From NCBI GenBank assembly GCA_002269645.1, contig NIVC01001557.1, positions 124,001 through 188,000 on the forward strand: a stretch of DNA of 64,000 nucleotides, given 5' to 3'. The DNA is from Macrostomum lignano (Eukaryota). Below are positions 38,018 to 50,984 of this stretch, in pieces (the stretch's first letter is position 1; each line of letters opens with the position of its first letter). The translations under genes and the position numbers were made by a program. The notes under the pieces were generated by a model. The model had not been told where the DNA came from, searched no databases, and saw nothing but the letters and a program-made list of their open reading frames with translations.

Positions 38018-38131
38018 TCAGGCCTCCTCTTTTTTGGCCTCGGCGGCGGCCACGTCCACAGCGTCGTCTTCGATCAGCGGCTTCTTGTCACCGACATCGA
38101 CATAGAAAATGTCGCCCGACTGCACGCACGG
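38018..38131 (-). CDS. TMEM59: TMEM59-like copy B, exon 4 (cytoplasmic tail)
   Basis: accgcgcag|PCVQSGDIFYVDVGDKKPLIEDDAVDVAAAEAKKEEA*. An in-frame alternative acceptor lies 12 nt downstream. Confidence 0.78.
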   Translation of the reverse strand, partial: PCVQSGDIFYVDVGDKKPLIEDDAVDVAAAEAKKEEA

Positions 38132-38169
38132 CTGCGCGGTGGGTGGTTTGGGCCGGTTAGAATATGTGA

Positions 38170-38505
38170 TGGGATTTCGGATGGGGGAATTGGGATTTCT
38201 GATAGTGGAATTAGGATTTCTGATAGTGGAATTAGGATTTCTGATTGAGGAATTGGCATTTCGGATAGGGGAATTACGATTTCTGATTAGATTATTTGGA
38301 TTTACAATAGGGGAGATGGGATTTCTGTTAGGGGAATTGGGATTTTTGATAGGGGAATCGGGATTTCTGATAAGGGTAATTGGGATTTCTGATAGGGAAA
38401 TTGGGATTTTTTGATAAGGGAAATCGGGATTTCTGTTAGGAGAATTTCCGGATTTCTGATGGGGGAAATCGGGATTTCTGTTAGGAGAGTTTCGGGTTTT
38501 AATAT
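38170..38505. repeat. Degenerate 21-bp minisatellite (GGGAATTGGGATTTCTGATA-like) in TMEM59-B intron 3
   Basis: Shorter version in copy A at ~23430-23535. Confidence 0.9.
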
Positions 38506-38598
38506 CGAAATTCATCTACATTAGGGATGCAGAGAAGTCTGATTGGGGATGTCTGAATCAGGCATCTCAAATGTATGCATTGTTCAAGAGTCGCAAAC

Positions 38599-39048
38599 CT
38601 TCTTCTTGCCGATGGCCTTGGTGATGGACAGGCGCTGGCGCTGGGCGGAAGCGGCAGCGAGGCTGCGGCAGGCGCGCCAGAAGACCCAGATGAAGCACAT
38701 GAAGGAGACGAGCAGCAGGGCGAACAGGGACCAGCGCAGGCAGGTCTTGGCGGAATCGGGCATGTCAACGAAAAAGTGGCGCACGCGGTACATCGGGCCG
38801 TGGTGTCCGTGATGTCCGTGGTGCTCGCCGTGATCTCCATGGTGCTCGCCGTGGTGTCCGTGGTGTCCGTGGTGTCCGTGGTGTCCGTGGTGAGGTCCGT
38901 GCGGCAGCATGTCGTGGTCGTCGCCGCCAAGAAGAGGCCGGTGACCGTCGGGGCCGATCGGGGGCTTAGAAGGCTGGTCTTTGCCCTTGCTGTTGCCGAA
39001 CATCGGGTGGCCGAAGGACAGTGGAATGCGACGCTGGTGGATCTCCAC
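38599..39048 (-). CDS. TMEM59: TMEM59-like copy B, exon 3 (His-rich stretch, TM helix, basic stop-transfer)
   Basis: WSLFALLLVSFMCFIWVFW TM followed by RACR; AAG|gtttgc donor; 150 codons. Confidence 0.82.
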
Positions 39049-39072
39049 CTGTCACAGTGAATTGAAAATCCC

Positions 39073-39550
39073 ATCTAGACCTTCAGCTGGACTGAAGTTA
39101 TCTACTATCTTGACCTTCAGCTGGACTGAAGTTATCTACCATCTAGACCTTCAGCTGGACTGAAGTTATCTACTATCTTGACCTTCAGCTGGACTGAAGT
39201 TATCTACTATCTTAACCTTCAGCTGGACTGAAGTTATCTACTATCTAGACCTTCAGCTGGACTGAAGTTATCTACTATCTTGACCTTCAGCTGGACTGAA
39301 GTTATCTACTATCTTGACCTTCAGCTGGACTGAAGTTATCTACTATCTTGACCTTCAGCTGGACTGAAGTTATCTACTATCTAGACCTTCAGCTGGACTG
39401 AAGTTATCTACTATCTAGACCTTCAGCTGGACTGAAGTTATCTACTATCTTGACCTTCAGCTGGACTGAAGTTATCTACTATCTAGACCTTCAGCTGGAC
39501 TGAAGTTATCTACTATCTTGACCTTCAGCTGGACTGAAGTTATCTACCAT
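39073..39550. repeat. 34-bp minisatellite with internal inverted repeat CTTCAG-ctgga-CTGAAG, ~14 copies
   Basis: Period 34 (39078 to 39112). Confidence 0.95.
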
Positions 39551-39566
39551 CCCCAGCTGTACAAAC

Positions 39567-39986
39567 CTGGTAGCGCGGCTTGCCATCGGGTCCAGGAGGC
39601 ATGGAGTGGATGCGGATCTGGATGCGCTGGACAATGGCGTGCTTGGCGTTCTTCATGGCCTCCATCATGCGAGTGTGCATCTGGCGCATCTGCTGGAAGA
39701 TGCGCTGGTGGAAGGGCGACGGCGAGTGCATGTCAGGCAGGGCCAGACCGATGCCATGCATCACAGACATCTTGGCACCGTGGTCGGACATGCCATGCTC
39801 TTGGAACACCCGGGCCTGCTCCTTGCAGCCCACATTGCAGGCTTTGTCCATTTCATCAGTGATGGCGCCACCAGTGAAGCCCGGCTTGCAGGACTTGGAG
39901 CACATGTTGGACAGCTCGTCATTCTTGATGCTCTTGTCGTGGGCCAGGTAGATCATTGAGTAGAGGCGGCAGCCATGGAGGCAGGA
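39567..39986 (-). CDS. TMEM59: TMEM59-like copy B, exon 2 (BSMAP cysteine domain)
   Basis: SCLHGCRLYSMI...CSKSC...ACNVGCKEQ; 140 codons, phase 0-0. Confidence 0.85.
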
Positions 39987-40745
39987 CTAAAAGTGCATTG
40001 GTTAGGTGGCTTGCAATGTATACTCATATATAAAATATACTTAAATATAAAATATACTATTAGTATTATTAATAAATATTTATCTTCATAAAATATTTTT
40101 AGACAAGAAAATATTATTATTTAAGGTATTATATTATACAGATTATTCTACTCTTAATAACATAACCAAGGGTACACTCTTTGTATATATCAATTTATTG
40201 TAAACTAGCTTTTTTCTTTTGAATTCTATATATTAAGAATAATGATTAGTGTTTATAATACTATACTAATATTATTTTAATTGTGCATTAATCAATATAA
40301 TACTATTGACTTTTATAAAATATTCATCAATGGTAAAATATGTAGCAAACCATATATTTAAATTTAGAAATAAATTATTAATATTATTGCTCAATAATAG
40401 GCTATTATTATTTTGGTACAATTATTATAACAACATTCAAAATGATATTTTAAATCACAAATAAGTTTTTAGCCAAGAACTACTACCTTAGATTATTAAA
40501 CTAAGATACAAGCATACACATTCATATTGAGTTTTTTTGTTAGATAAACAGATTTTCTGTTTTACATTTAATAATATTAAGTCATTATTTTGCCCTTTTA
40601 GGGATATTTATATACAGAGCTCATTATGAATTGCCTTGCGTTGAGAAGTGTAAATATTTTTACTCAGGCAAGGTAAAAGTATAAATAATGAGTGATTAGT
40701 TGTAATTTAAAATTAGCAAATAAAAATGCGATAGGACTGACTTAC

Positions 40746-40871
40746 ATGTTTCAGGTGATGACCATGAGGATAGTTGGCCTTGCAAGTGCCGCAGCATCTC
40801 TTGTGGTGTTCTTCTCCAGAGACTACCACAAGAAGAACAGCAAAAAGCGCTGTCACAATTAGCTTTTTCAT
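40746..40871 (-). CDS. TMEM59: TMEM59-like copy B, exon 1 (signal peptide)
   Basis: MKKLIVTALFAVLLVVVSGEEHHKRCCGTCKANYPHGHHLKH|gtaagt; 42 codons. Confidence 0.85.
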
Positions 40872-41284
40872 CTTAAGGCTTCAAAAACTTTAGTGTTTAG
40901 TCTTCGACTGCTTGACTTGGTTGTACAAGGAAATATCACACTAAAAATAATTAAATTTATACAATTTGAAGTCGCGCCTTTTAGCTTACCTATACGACCA
41001 AGTAAGCAAATAAAACTCGTTGATTACGAGGCCTAGAGGTTTACCACGAAAAAAACATGAACAGTATTAGCTTTTCATGACTTTTAAAGGGAAAGCTAAA
41101 GCCCCACATATCTTTTGACTGTAAGAATAAAGTACAGGATAAAGTTATACGATTACCCCAGTCCTAATGGGCAGATGTAACCGACAGCTCAGCCGCAGCA
41201 ATGCCGCAACGCATCTGAAGGCTGCGTACGGCTGTTCAGTCCATGAACTGTGTGGTCGCCACAAACCCTCAATTACTCCAGCTA

Positions 41285-41400
41285 ATTTTGTTACTTATTT
41301 TACAGCTGGGGTGAACTGAAGCACTGCAGTGCTAAGTGTCTTGCTCAAGGACAAAAATTATTTCGAGTGGGTCGAGAATCGAGAACCCCCCCCGACCTTA
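41285..41400 (+). mobile_element. Fragment of a CORE/Meta-type SINE
   Basis: TACAGCTGGGGTGAACTGAAGC...AAGTGTCTTGCTCAAGGACA followed by GAATCGAGAACCC resembles the conserved central domain of widespread invertebrate SINEs (recalled, not searched). Confidence 0.5.
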
Positions 41401-42639
41401 TTATTAATACTTTTATACATATAGTGCTTAACAACAAGTTATGTTTACGCATCTACTGCTAGTGATCCTCGGTTACGGTATGTAGCGTGCACTTCATTGG
41501 ATGGAAATATTGGTACAAAAAGTATAATTATTAAAAAGCAAACTCCGAATTACGACATTAACCAGATATTTCGCACCTCTTTTTCGAAAAAGGCCATGAT
41601 AGTAGAGCTTTTAATAAATTTTAACTCTTTTTAATCATTCTAAGTGTTGAAAATAATGTCTGTGTTGTCTTAACTGATGTTCACAACCAGAAACGGAAGT
41701 TCAATTTCAGTATCAATCTGTCTAGTTGTAAATTCGGATAGCAAGCAGAATTCCACGGTATTACACAGTGCCTACTCGCAGCAATAGTGATAGTACATGT
41801 AGATGCATTAACAAATTTAATATACGAGTACAAATTATGTCTACAAAATATGTATATTTTTTAAAAAATGTTGACACCTTGAATGTTTATCACTCATGCA
41901 GTTACATGTAGTCAGATTTGGAAATGAACAAACCAAAAATAATTTGATTATTTCTATGAATATTTCAATGTTCAAAAAAACGCACAAAAGTTAAATTTGC
42001 TTGGTTTTCCATTGTATTTACTGGCGACCAAACATTACAAGCCAAGCACACAAGTAGAAGAAGTGGTTCAATACGCTCGTACCCATTAATTGCACTAAAA
42101 AATTGACGAATTGTCAACGAATCTCCACGAGAAACATTTTGCTTGCTAAATTCGGCAACTAGCCAAGAAATACCAAATAAATCAGTTCGAACGAATGTTT
42201 TTTTAAAGCCAGACCAACAGTCGAAAACATTATTAATAAAGAAATCGAAGCAATAAAATACAAAACGACTATATACAGGGAGCATAAAGTTAACGTTACA
42301 AGCGAGAATAAATGATTTACTGCTACGCGCTAATGAGAACTTTCCGGACGCACCGAGTCATGATTCATAGAGAACATTAAGGTGCCGAGCGCACCTGAAT
42401 GCAAGTTGACTTTGCCGGACAGATATTATCCCCTCAATTTTCTACTGTAAGCTTCGCAGAAGATCAATATATGGTTGTTAAAGGCGACACCAGGAAACAG
42501 GGGCCTGTTGCTACTAGGAAACGGGGAATATGCTTGATGAAGAATTGCTAAGAAACAGTGGCTGCTTGGGACGCTTAAAAGAGACAAACGGTTGCGAGAG
42601 AGGTATGAGTAAATATATAATATTTGTGGTTTAAAAAAC

Positions 42640-42870
42640 GCCAAATCGCTAAAGTAATGGTTGCTAGGGACGCCAGAAATACGGCTTAGCTAAGAAAGCT
42701 AGAAATGTATATGGTTGCTAAGGACGCTTCAAAGGGGTGTATGGTTGCTAGGAGAGCGTTAGAACGAGCTCATGGCTTCTAAAGTACAAAAGCTATAACC
42801 TACAATTTCTACACTTTAACGAATGGTTGCTAGGGACGCTATAGATGATTGATACGGTTGCTAAGGCCAA
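42640..42870. repeat. Interspersed motif (ATGGTTGCTAGGGACGC) cluster in the PHF20 3' region
   Basis: About 6 imperfect copies with variable spacers. Confidence 0.7.
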
Positions 42871-42875
42871 GGGAC

Positions 42876-43505
42876 TCAGTTCTTTTTAGGCAGTGCGGCC
42901 AGCCGGCGCAGCTTAGCCAGATTGTTCCTCAGCGCTGGCAGGCGCGGTCGCAACGTCCGAGGCGTCCGTTCGGCCAACGGCCGGACACTCGGCCGTTCAC
43001 GCAGTTCGGACATCTTGGCCGCTACAATGGACAGCACGTGGCCGAGCGCCTGCTGGGTGCACAGCAGGGCGGTGAGCTCATTGGCATCGGCGCCTGGCGG
43101 CGGCGGCGGCACCGGAGGCGGCACCGGAGGCGGCGGCGGCAAGCTCAACACGCCGCCGATTTCGTCAGCTTCACCGACCTCGCCGCCGCCGTTGCCGCCG
43201 GCGCCACCGGCGCCGCTGCCACCCAGCAGACTCTCGAGCTGGTCCAGCTCCAGGCTGGGCAGGAAGTCCGCCAGCTCGCCGACAGAGTCCAGACGGGTTC
43301 GGCCTGAGACAGCGCCGCCGCTTGCACTGGCCGCTGCTGCAGACGTTGACGCAGCTGATGACGCCACCTGCTGCTGCTGCTGCTGCTGCTGCTGGCGCTG
43401 GCTGTGCAACTGCAGCAGCTGGCGAATCTCGTCGGGCGACTTCTCCGCGAGATCGGGAGCCAGTTTGATCAGGCGAGAGTGGATGTCCGTGTTGAAGCGC
43501 TTCAG
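42876..43505 (-). CDS. PHF20: PHF20-like, exon 3
   Basis: ccctcgcag|CTGAAG in phase 0; helical C-terminal region; stop at 42876-42878. Total ~983 aa. Confidence 0.8.
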   Translation of the reverse strand: MKRFNTDIHSRLIKLAPDLAEKSPDEIRQLLQLHSQRQQQQQQQQQVASSAASTSAAAASASGGAVSGRTRLDSVGELADFLPSLELDQLESLLGGSGAGGAGGNGGGEVGEADEIGGVLSLPPPPPVPPPVPPPPPGADANELTALLCTQQALGHVLSIVAAKMSELRERPSVRPLAERTPRTLRPRLPALRNNLAKLRRLAALPKKN

Positions 43506-43654
43506 CTGCGAGGGCCGAGGGGTCCGGGATGCGCATTGGGAACTGTTTAATCTTTTGATCATTAATCGATTATTCTCTTGACTTTTCCACGATGCTCCAC
43601 TACATGAACGCAACTCAAGAATCCTACTTGATCCATCTCCTGAGGAATCCCATC

Positions 43655-43925
43655 TGATTACCAAACTAAAAATCCCATCCGATCCCCATTCCCAAAAATC
43701 CCATCCGATCCCCATTCCCAAAAATCCCATCCGATCCTCATCCCCTAAAATCCCATCCGATCCTCATTCCCTAAAATCCTATACGCTCCTCATCCCCTAT
43801 AATCCCATCCGATCCTCATCGCCTAAAATCCCACCCGATCTCTATCCCCTAAAATCCCATCCGATCCTCATCGCCTAAAATCCCACCCGATCTCTATCCC
43901 CGATAAGTCCATCTGATCCCCGATC
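43655..43925. repeat. ~26-bp minisatellite (AAAATCCCATCCGATCCTCATCCCCT) in PHF20 intron 2
   Basis: Direct reading. Confidence 0.9.
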
Positions 43926-43982
43926 CCCAGGAATCCCATTTTCGGAAGCATTCGGACGAGCAACGCAACCAAAGAGCCTCAC

Positions 43983-45924
43983 CTTCTGAACAATAGCGTA
44001 GAGCTCCATAACCTGACGCACAACGTCCATCATTGGCGAAGTCTGCGCGCCCGAGCTGGGCTGGCGCAGCCATTTGTGATGCCAGACCCGCCTAGTGGAT
44101 TTGAACTCCTTCCTGGGGTGCAGGCAGAAGCTGCACACATAGTACAGATCCGGTATGCTGCGCAAGTCAACGGCTTTGGAGGCGCAGCGGGCGTGCTGGA
44201 AGGCGCGGCAGACCTCGCACTGGATCATGTCGTCTTCGCCCGAGCGGCCGCACTGGCAGTGAACAACCCGCCGCTTGTCTGGCGCGACTATCGAAGCCTC
44301 CGCTGCGGCGGCGGCGGCTGCAGCGGTAGCAGCAGCAGCCGATGACTGCAACGAGGAACTGGACGATTTATGATGCGCCTTGCTGACCGTGGCCGGCTGG
44401 GACGCGAGCTCGGAGTCGTGCTGATCGCGACTAGACGACATCAGAGATTCCAGATCCTCGGCGGTGGCAGCCTCGCTACGCCTGGACGAAGAGGCGTTGT
44501 CGCCGGCTGCCGCAGCCTTGGACGAGGACGCAGCGCGGCCGGAACCTTTGGGCCGATGGTAGAACCTGATGTGGTCGGACAGCAGCTTCTCCTTGCGGAA
44601 GCTCTTGCCGCACTGGTCGCATTCGAATGTCTCGATGGTCCAGTGGGCGGGCACAGTCGGCTCAGTTGAAGTCTTCCGCTTGCCGCTGCCGCTGCCGACG
44701 CTTGTGGCGCTGCTGTTGCTGCGGCCGAGGCCGCCCGAGCCGAAGAACGAGCGCCGCCTGTCGGCCGTCCAAGCCGACGATCCGGGCGTCGAAGTGGCGG
44801 TGGCGGCGGCGGCAACAGCGGCGGCGGAGGTCGGAGCGGCGGGGCTGCACACGGAAGCTGACCGATCCAGCGATGGAGTTGACAGCTTGGGCAGCCGGAC
44901 TCGCATTTTCGGCAGTCGCTGCTCGTGCTGAGAACCCTGCTGCTGCGGCGGCGGCGGCGGCGGCGGCGGCAGGAGTTCTGCTGAGGCATCGGCAGCAGAC
45001 TCCACAGTCTCCTCAGCGCTCATCATAGCGGTGGTCATGGCGGTGGTGGCGGCCGAACTGCCAGCCTCGGCCACAACATTCTGATCGCTGCTGAAGCTGT
45101 TCTGCTCCAGCTCAGGGTCCAGCCGAGCTCGCTTTGCCAGCGGTTCGTGCTCAGGCTCAACAGCGGACGGTTTCGGCAGGGTGCTGGCCTCCTCACTGGC
45201 TGGCAGCTCAGCGGGCGGAGAGTCTGCCGGTCGCTTCCTACTGAGCTGGTCCGGCAGTTGCTTGGGCGAAACCGAAGCATCCTCTTGGCACTCTTCAAAC
45301 GTCAGCGAGTATTCAGACTGCTGCTCTTCTGGCTTGATTGCAGCTGCCGCGGCCGCTTCCTCTGCTTCTTTTTCTTCTTTTAGTAGCAAATTTGTCGGAA
45401 TTTTCAACGTCATCTTTAATGGCGGCAGCCGGCCCTGCTTCGGCTCTGGAGCCTCCTGAGGAGGAGTCGGCGAAGGCGGTGGCGGGGACTGCGGCGCTGC
45501 CTGCGACTTGGCCGGCTGTGGAGCGGCGGTTCGCCGACGGCTTCGTCGGGTCTCGCTGGCAGCATTGAAGGACTGGGAAAGCTTCTGCTGCTGCTGCTTC
45601 TGTTGCTGCTTTTGCTTCTGTTGCTGTTGCTGTGATGAAGAAGCGCCGCCAGCATCACTGGATGAGGCTGAGGCCAGCTCAGCTGACAGCAGCGACTCCG
45701 GGCAGGTGGAGTTGAGCATCAGCTGGTCATCCGCGTCGTCGCCACCGCCGCCACCGCCGCCGCCGACGCCGCCGCCGCGTTTCTCCAGCCGTCGGCGCCG
45801 GGAGTTCTCCTGAATGCGGCGTACCATGGGGTCATAGTTGATCTCGCTGGGCCCCGTGGCCGGCCACTGGGCGGCGAAGATCGCCTCGGCCTCGGCTGCG
45901 TCGTACGGCTTCAGCTGGGAGGCC
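43983..45924 (-). CDS. PHF20: PHF20-like, exon 2 (low-complexity region, C2H2 finger, PHD finger)
   Basis: FECDQCGKSFRKEKLLSDHIRFYH C2H2; VVHCQC...MIQCEVC..FQHARC...YVCSFC PHD. cccgcag| and AAG|gtgagg. Confidence 0.92.
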
Positions 45925-45957
45925 CTGCGGGGTGGCGACAATGGGGCGAAGTTTCGA

Positions 45958-46660
45958 TTAGTGAGTTGGTCATGCTGTGAGTTGGTCATGCTGTGAGTTG
46001 GTCATGCTGAGTTGGTCATGCTGTGAATTGGTCATGCTGTGAATTGGTCATGCTGACTATAATTGGTCATACTATGAGTTGGTCATGCTGACTATAATTG
46101 GTCATACTATGAGTTGGTCATGCTGACTATAATTGGTCATACTATGAGGTAGTTATGCCGTGAGTTGGTCATGCCCTGAATTGGTCATGCTATGAGTTGG
46201 TCATGCTGACTATAATTGGTCATGATGTGAGTTGGTCATGCTGTGAGTTGGTCATGCTATGAATTGGTCATGATGTGAGTTGGTCATTGTGTGAGTTGGT
46301 CATGCTGAGTTTGGTCATGGTGTGAATTGGCCACGCTGAGTTTGGTCATGGTGTGAATTGGCCACGCTGAGTTTGGTCATGGTGTGAATTGGCCACGCTG
46401 AGTTTGGTCATGGTGTGAATTGGCCATGCTGAGTTTGGTCATGGTGTGAATTGGTCATGCTATGAATTGGTCATGATGTGAGTTGGTCATGCTATGAATT
46501 GGTCATGCTGTGAGTTGGTCATGCTGTGAGTTGGTCATGCCCTGAATTGGTCATGCTATGAGTTGGTCATGCTATGAATTGGTCATGATGTGAGTTGGTC
46601 ATGCTGAGTTTGGTCATGGTGTGAATTGGCCATGCTGAGTTTGGTCATAGTGTGCAAAAT
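45958..46660. repeat. 16-20-bp minisatellite (GAGTTGGTCATGCTGT) in PHF20 intron 1
   Basis: Direct reading, with higher-order sub-blocks. Confidence 0.95.
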
Positions 46661-46694
46661 TGGTCACGCATAACCGATGGCAGCAAGCGCTCAC

Positions 46695-47074
46695 CTGTAA
46701 CCCTTAGCTTTCCAGCTATCCAACGTGAAGAACAAACTGTAGTGACCTTTGCTGTCAACGGAAATGACCTTGGCCTGATACCAGAGGGTATCGCGCCATC
46801 TCGCCAGCACCAGATCGCCGGGCTGGAAGGCGGCGGCCTCGGCTGACTCAGCTGACTGCTTCGTCGGTTTATTCAGCGGCCTGAGCCGCTCGCTGCTCAT
46901 CTCGATCTCCTCGTCGAACTTGGCGCTCCACTTGTGGTAGTGCACCAGCACGGACTTCGTGTCCTCGTGCACCGCCAGCAGCTTGGCGGCCGTCCAGTTG
47001 CCCCACGCGTCCTGGGCTTCCAGAAATTCGCCGACTTGCCACACGAGGCCAGGGCGCTTGGGAAGGCTGGACAT
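46695..47074 (-). CDS. PHF20: PHF20/PHF20L1/MBD-R2-like, exon 1 (tandem Tudor domains)
   Basis: MSSLPKRPGLVWQVGEFLEAQDAWGNW...LVHYHKWSAKFDE and FQPGDLVLARW..WYQAKV parallel the PHF20 N-terminus. AG|gtgagc donor, phase 2. Confidence 0.9.
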
Positions 47075-47133
47075 GACTGGCTGCGACTGGCGACTGACGG
47101 GGCGATTCGCTGAGGGTGAGTTGGCTTTGTATG

Positions 47134-47995
<862 letters not shown>

Positions 47996-48607
47996 GCCTC
48001 CCTCTCTCCCTGTCTGTGTTTTTTATTGCAATTCCTGTTAATGTTGGCGAACATCAATGCTGCCGGCATGTCCCAGATGAAGCGCCCCAGCTGTGAATTT
48101 TCAAACTGCTTCACACGCTCAGGACTGCTTGCTAGAGTTGTCGTAATCGCAATATACTAATAACAGTACTAGCAATATGGCATTCTAATAATATAAATAC
48201 GAGAAACTCTACACTGCAAGCAGTGCAAGTTCAAGCAATAAATATAAGATGCAGACAGAAAAAAGCTATAATAGGCTGCACGCCCACACATAGCAACTAA
48301 ATAGACAAGATGGAGACAGACTAGCTGGAGCGTATTGTCAACAATTGAAACTATAATCTACAAAGCATGCGCCTAAGCAATGGAAAAGCATAAAATATTT
48401 GCGCGGGCTTATTTCTCCTAGTCATAAAAAGGATTCGAGTGCAAGGGGGCGAGGCAGTCATGCGTTCTTGCGTAGCCTGTCGTCCATAGCTTAGCGACTG
48501 ATCATTAATGAGACCCAGCCAGTGAAATCAACACGACTGACTGCTTTGATGCCCTTCTAATGATTCCCTGCGAGGATCGGATGGTTCCCCTGACTGACTG
48601 ACTGGAT

Positions 48608-49380
48608 CCCCTGTGACAATCCAATGATTTTCCTGTGACAATCCAATGATTACCCTGTGACAATCCAATGATTCCCCTGAGACAATCCAATGATTACCCT
48701 GGGACAATCCAATGATTACCCTGAGACAATCCAATGATTACCCTGAGACAATCCAATGATTACCCTGAGACAATCCAATGATTACCCTGTGACAATCCAA
48801 TGATTACCTTGTGACAATCCAATGATTACCCTGTGACAATCCAATGATTCCCCTGTGACAATCCAATGATTACCTTGTGACAATCCAATGATTACCCTGT
48901 GACAATCCAATGATTACCCTGTGACAATCCAATGATTACCCTGTGACAACCCTGTGACAATCCAATGATTACCCTGTGACAATCCAATGATTTTCCTGTG
49001 ACAATCCAATGATTACCCTGTGACAACCCTGTGACAATCCGATGATTTTCCTGTGAAATTCCAATGATTCCCCTGTGACAATCCAATGATTACCCTGTGA
49101 CAATCCGATGATTTTCCTGTGAAATTCCAATGATTACCCTGTGGCAATCCAATGATTACCCTGAGACAATCCAATGATTCCCCTGAGACAATCCAATGAT
49201 TCCCCTGTGACAATCCGATGATTTTCCTGTGAAATTCCAATGATTATCCTCGTCACAATCCAATAATTTCCCTGTGACAATCCAATAATTTCCCTGTGAC
49301 AATCCAATAATTCCCCTGTTACAATCCAATCATTTCTATTGATAATCTGATGATTCCTCTTGACTATCCAATGATTCCCT
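48608..49380. repeat. 22-bp minisatellite (GTGACAATCCAATGATTACCCT)n
   Basis: Direct reading. Confidence 0.95.
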
Positions 49381-50084
49381 TTAAAAATGCAATGCTATAC
49401 CTTTTCAACAAACTGTCCTGACACACCAGTGACTCTTTAGACTCCAGTACGATGGCACCCAATAGTCCCCAGACATCATATGCCACACCTCCGATGCCCA
49501 AACAGCAACAACTGCAATCGAAACCCTACAATCTTCTAGGAGGAATTCCCACGCACGAAGAACAATCTGCTACAGATTCAGAAAAGATATTCCAACCGGG
49601 GCAGACACAAATAGCATCAGACAAGAACTGGGTCGAAATATTCGAAACGATACAAAATTGCCAGCCGCAATGTCACAAGAAGGGCGGGTAGTCCCAGTGT
49701 GGGAATCAGACGTCCCACTGTATCCAGCCTGCTCAAATTTCGGGTTCAGTTCAAAGACACCGATGTAGAGAGGGCCAGAGTATTACAGTGTTGAGCACAG
49801 AACACACACCATATCCTCAATCGCACGTGCATTGCCCAGATAAAAGATCTGGGATCAGTCGGATACCCAGCATCATATGGTTCGCCATCGCCAGCCCTTC
49901 TCTCTCATCTCTGCTGCTTGCCTGCCTGCTACTGTTTTGCCCACACATCTGTTAGCACAGCTGGATTTCCAGGGACAGAGCACACGGGCCTACACAGACG
50001 CTGCTGTTGTTGACTTGTACTTTTATGAGTAGGACTCAATGTTAAGACTGAGAGGAAGAGCAAACTCATGCCCGAGATTAATAC

Positions 50085-50351
50085 AGTCAGTCAGTCAGTC
50101 AGTCAGTCAGTCAGTCAGTCAGTCAGTCAGTCAGTCAGTCAGTCAGTCAGTCAGTCAGTCAGTGAGTCAGTGAGTCAGTGAGTCAGTGAGTCAGTGAGTC
50201 AGTCAGTGAGTCAGTGAGTCAGTGAGTCAGTCAGTCAGTGAGTCAGTGAGTCAGTCAGTCAGTGAGTCAGTCAGTGAGTCAGTCAGTGAGTCAGTCAGTC
50301 AGTGAGTCAGTCAGTCAGTCAGTCAGTCAGTCAGTCAGTCAGTCAGTCAGC
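50085..50351. repeat. (TCAG)n/(TGAG) microsatellite
   Basis: Direct reading. Confidence 0.97.
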
Positions 50352-50984
50352 AAAGGAATTCAAAGCCATCTAAGAGGGTAAAAAGAATTAAAAAATGGCA
50401 GCGAGAAACGAGACAAAGGCTGAAATAAATAATTAACTGAGAACTAACAACTGAGACCTACCAGACCAGGTCACGCAAGAAAGCTTACTAATTAAAACAA
50501 AAAAGAAAACAACAAAAAACAGCCAAAATTCCTAGCGAAACCAAGCGGGAAGAGCTCAGGGGCTGGAGAAGTGATTCGATATATTTGTCAATACACACTA
50601 ATACGCAATACGCGCATATATTTACTCATTATAACAGATCGAACAATTGTCAGAGGCCTCACTGTGCAGGCGCGATGAAATCAAAATATAAACTGACTAG
50701 ATATTAACAAAGGAAAAAGCCAGGTAAAAACGGAGGGATTTGGGCATTGAAGCAATTGAGGTGCAGAAAGAAATAACGAAGCGAATGGGAGAAAATGAGC
50801 TGTGTGCTAGTCCAATATTTCTGTAGACCGATATAGTGCTGATTACCCACAAATGTTTACAACAGACAGACCTGCAACAACCGTGACTAGCTGTGCAAAC
50901 TGGACAAGCAATAATTCAATATGACGCATTTCTGCTGTCAGGGTGCCGCAGGCAGCAAGCAAACAGGTTAGCAGCCTCACCTTT

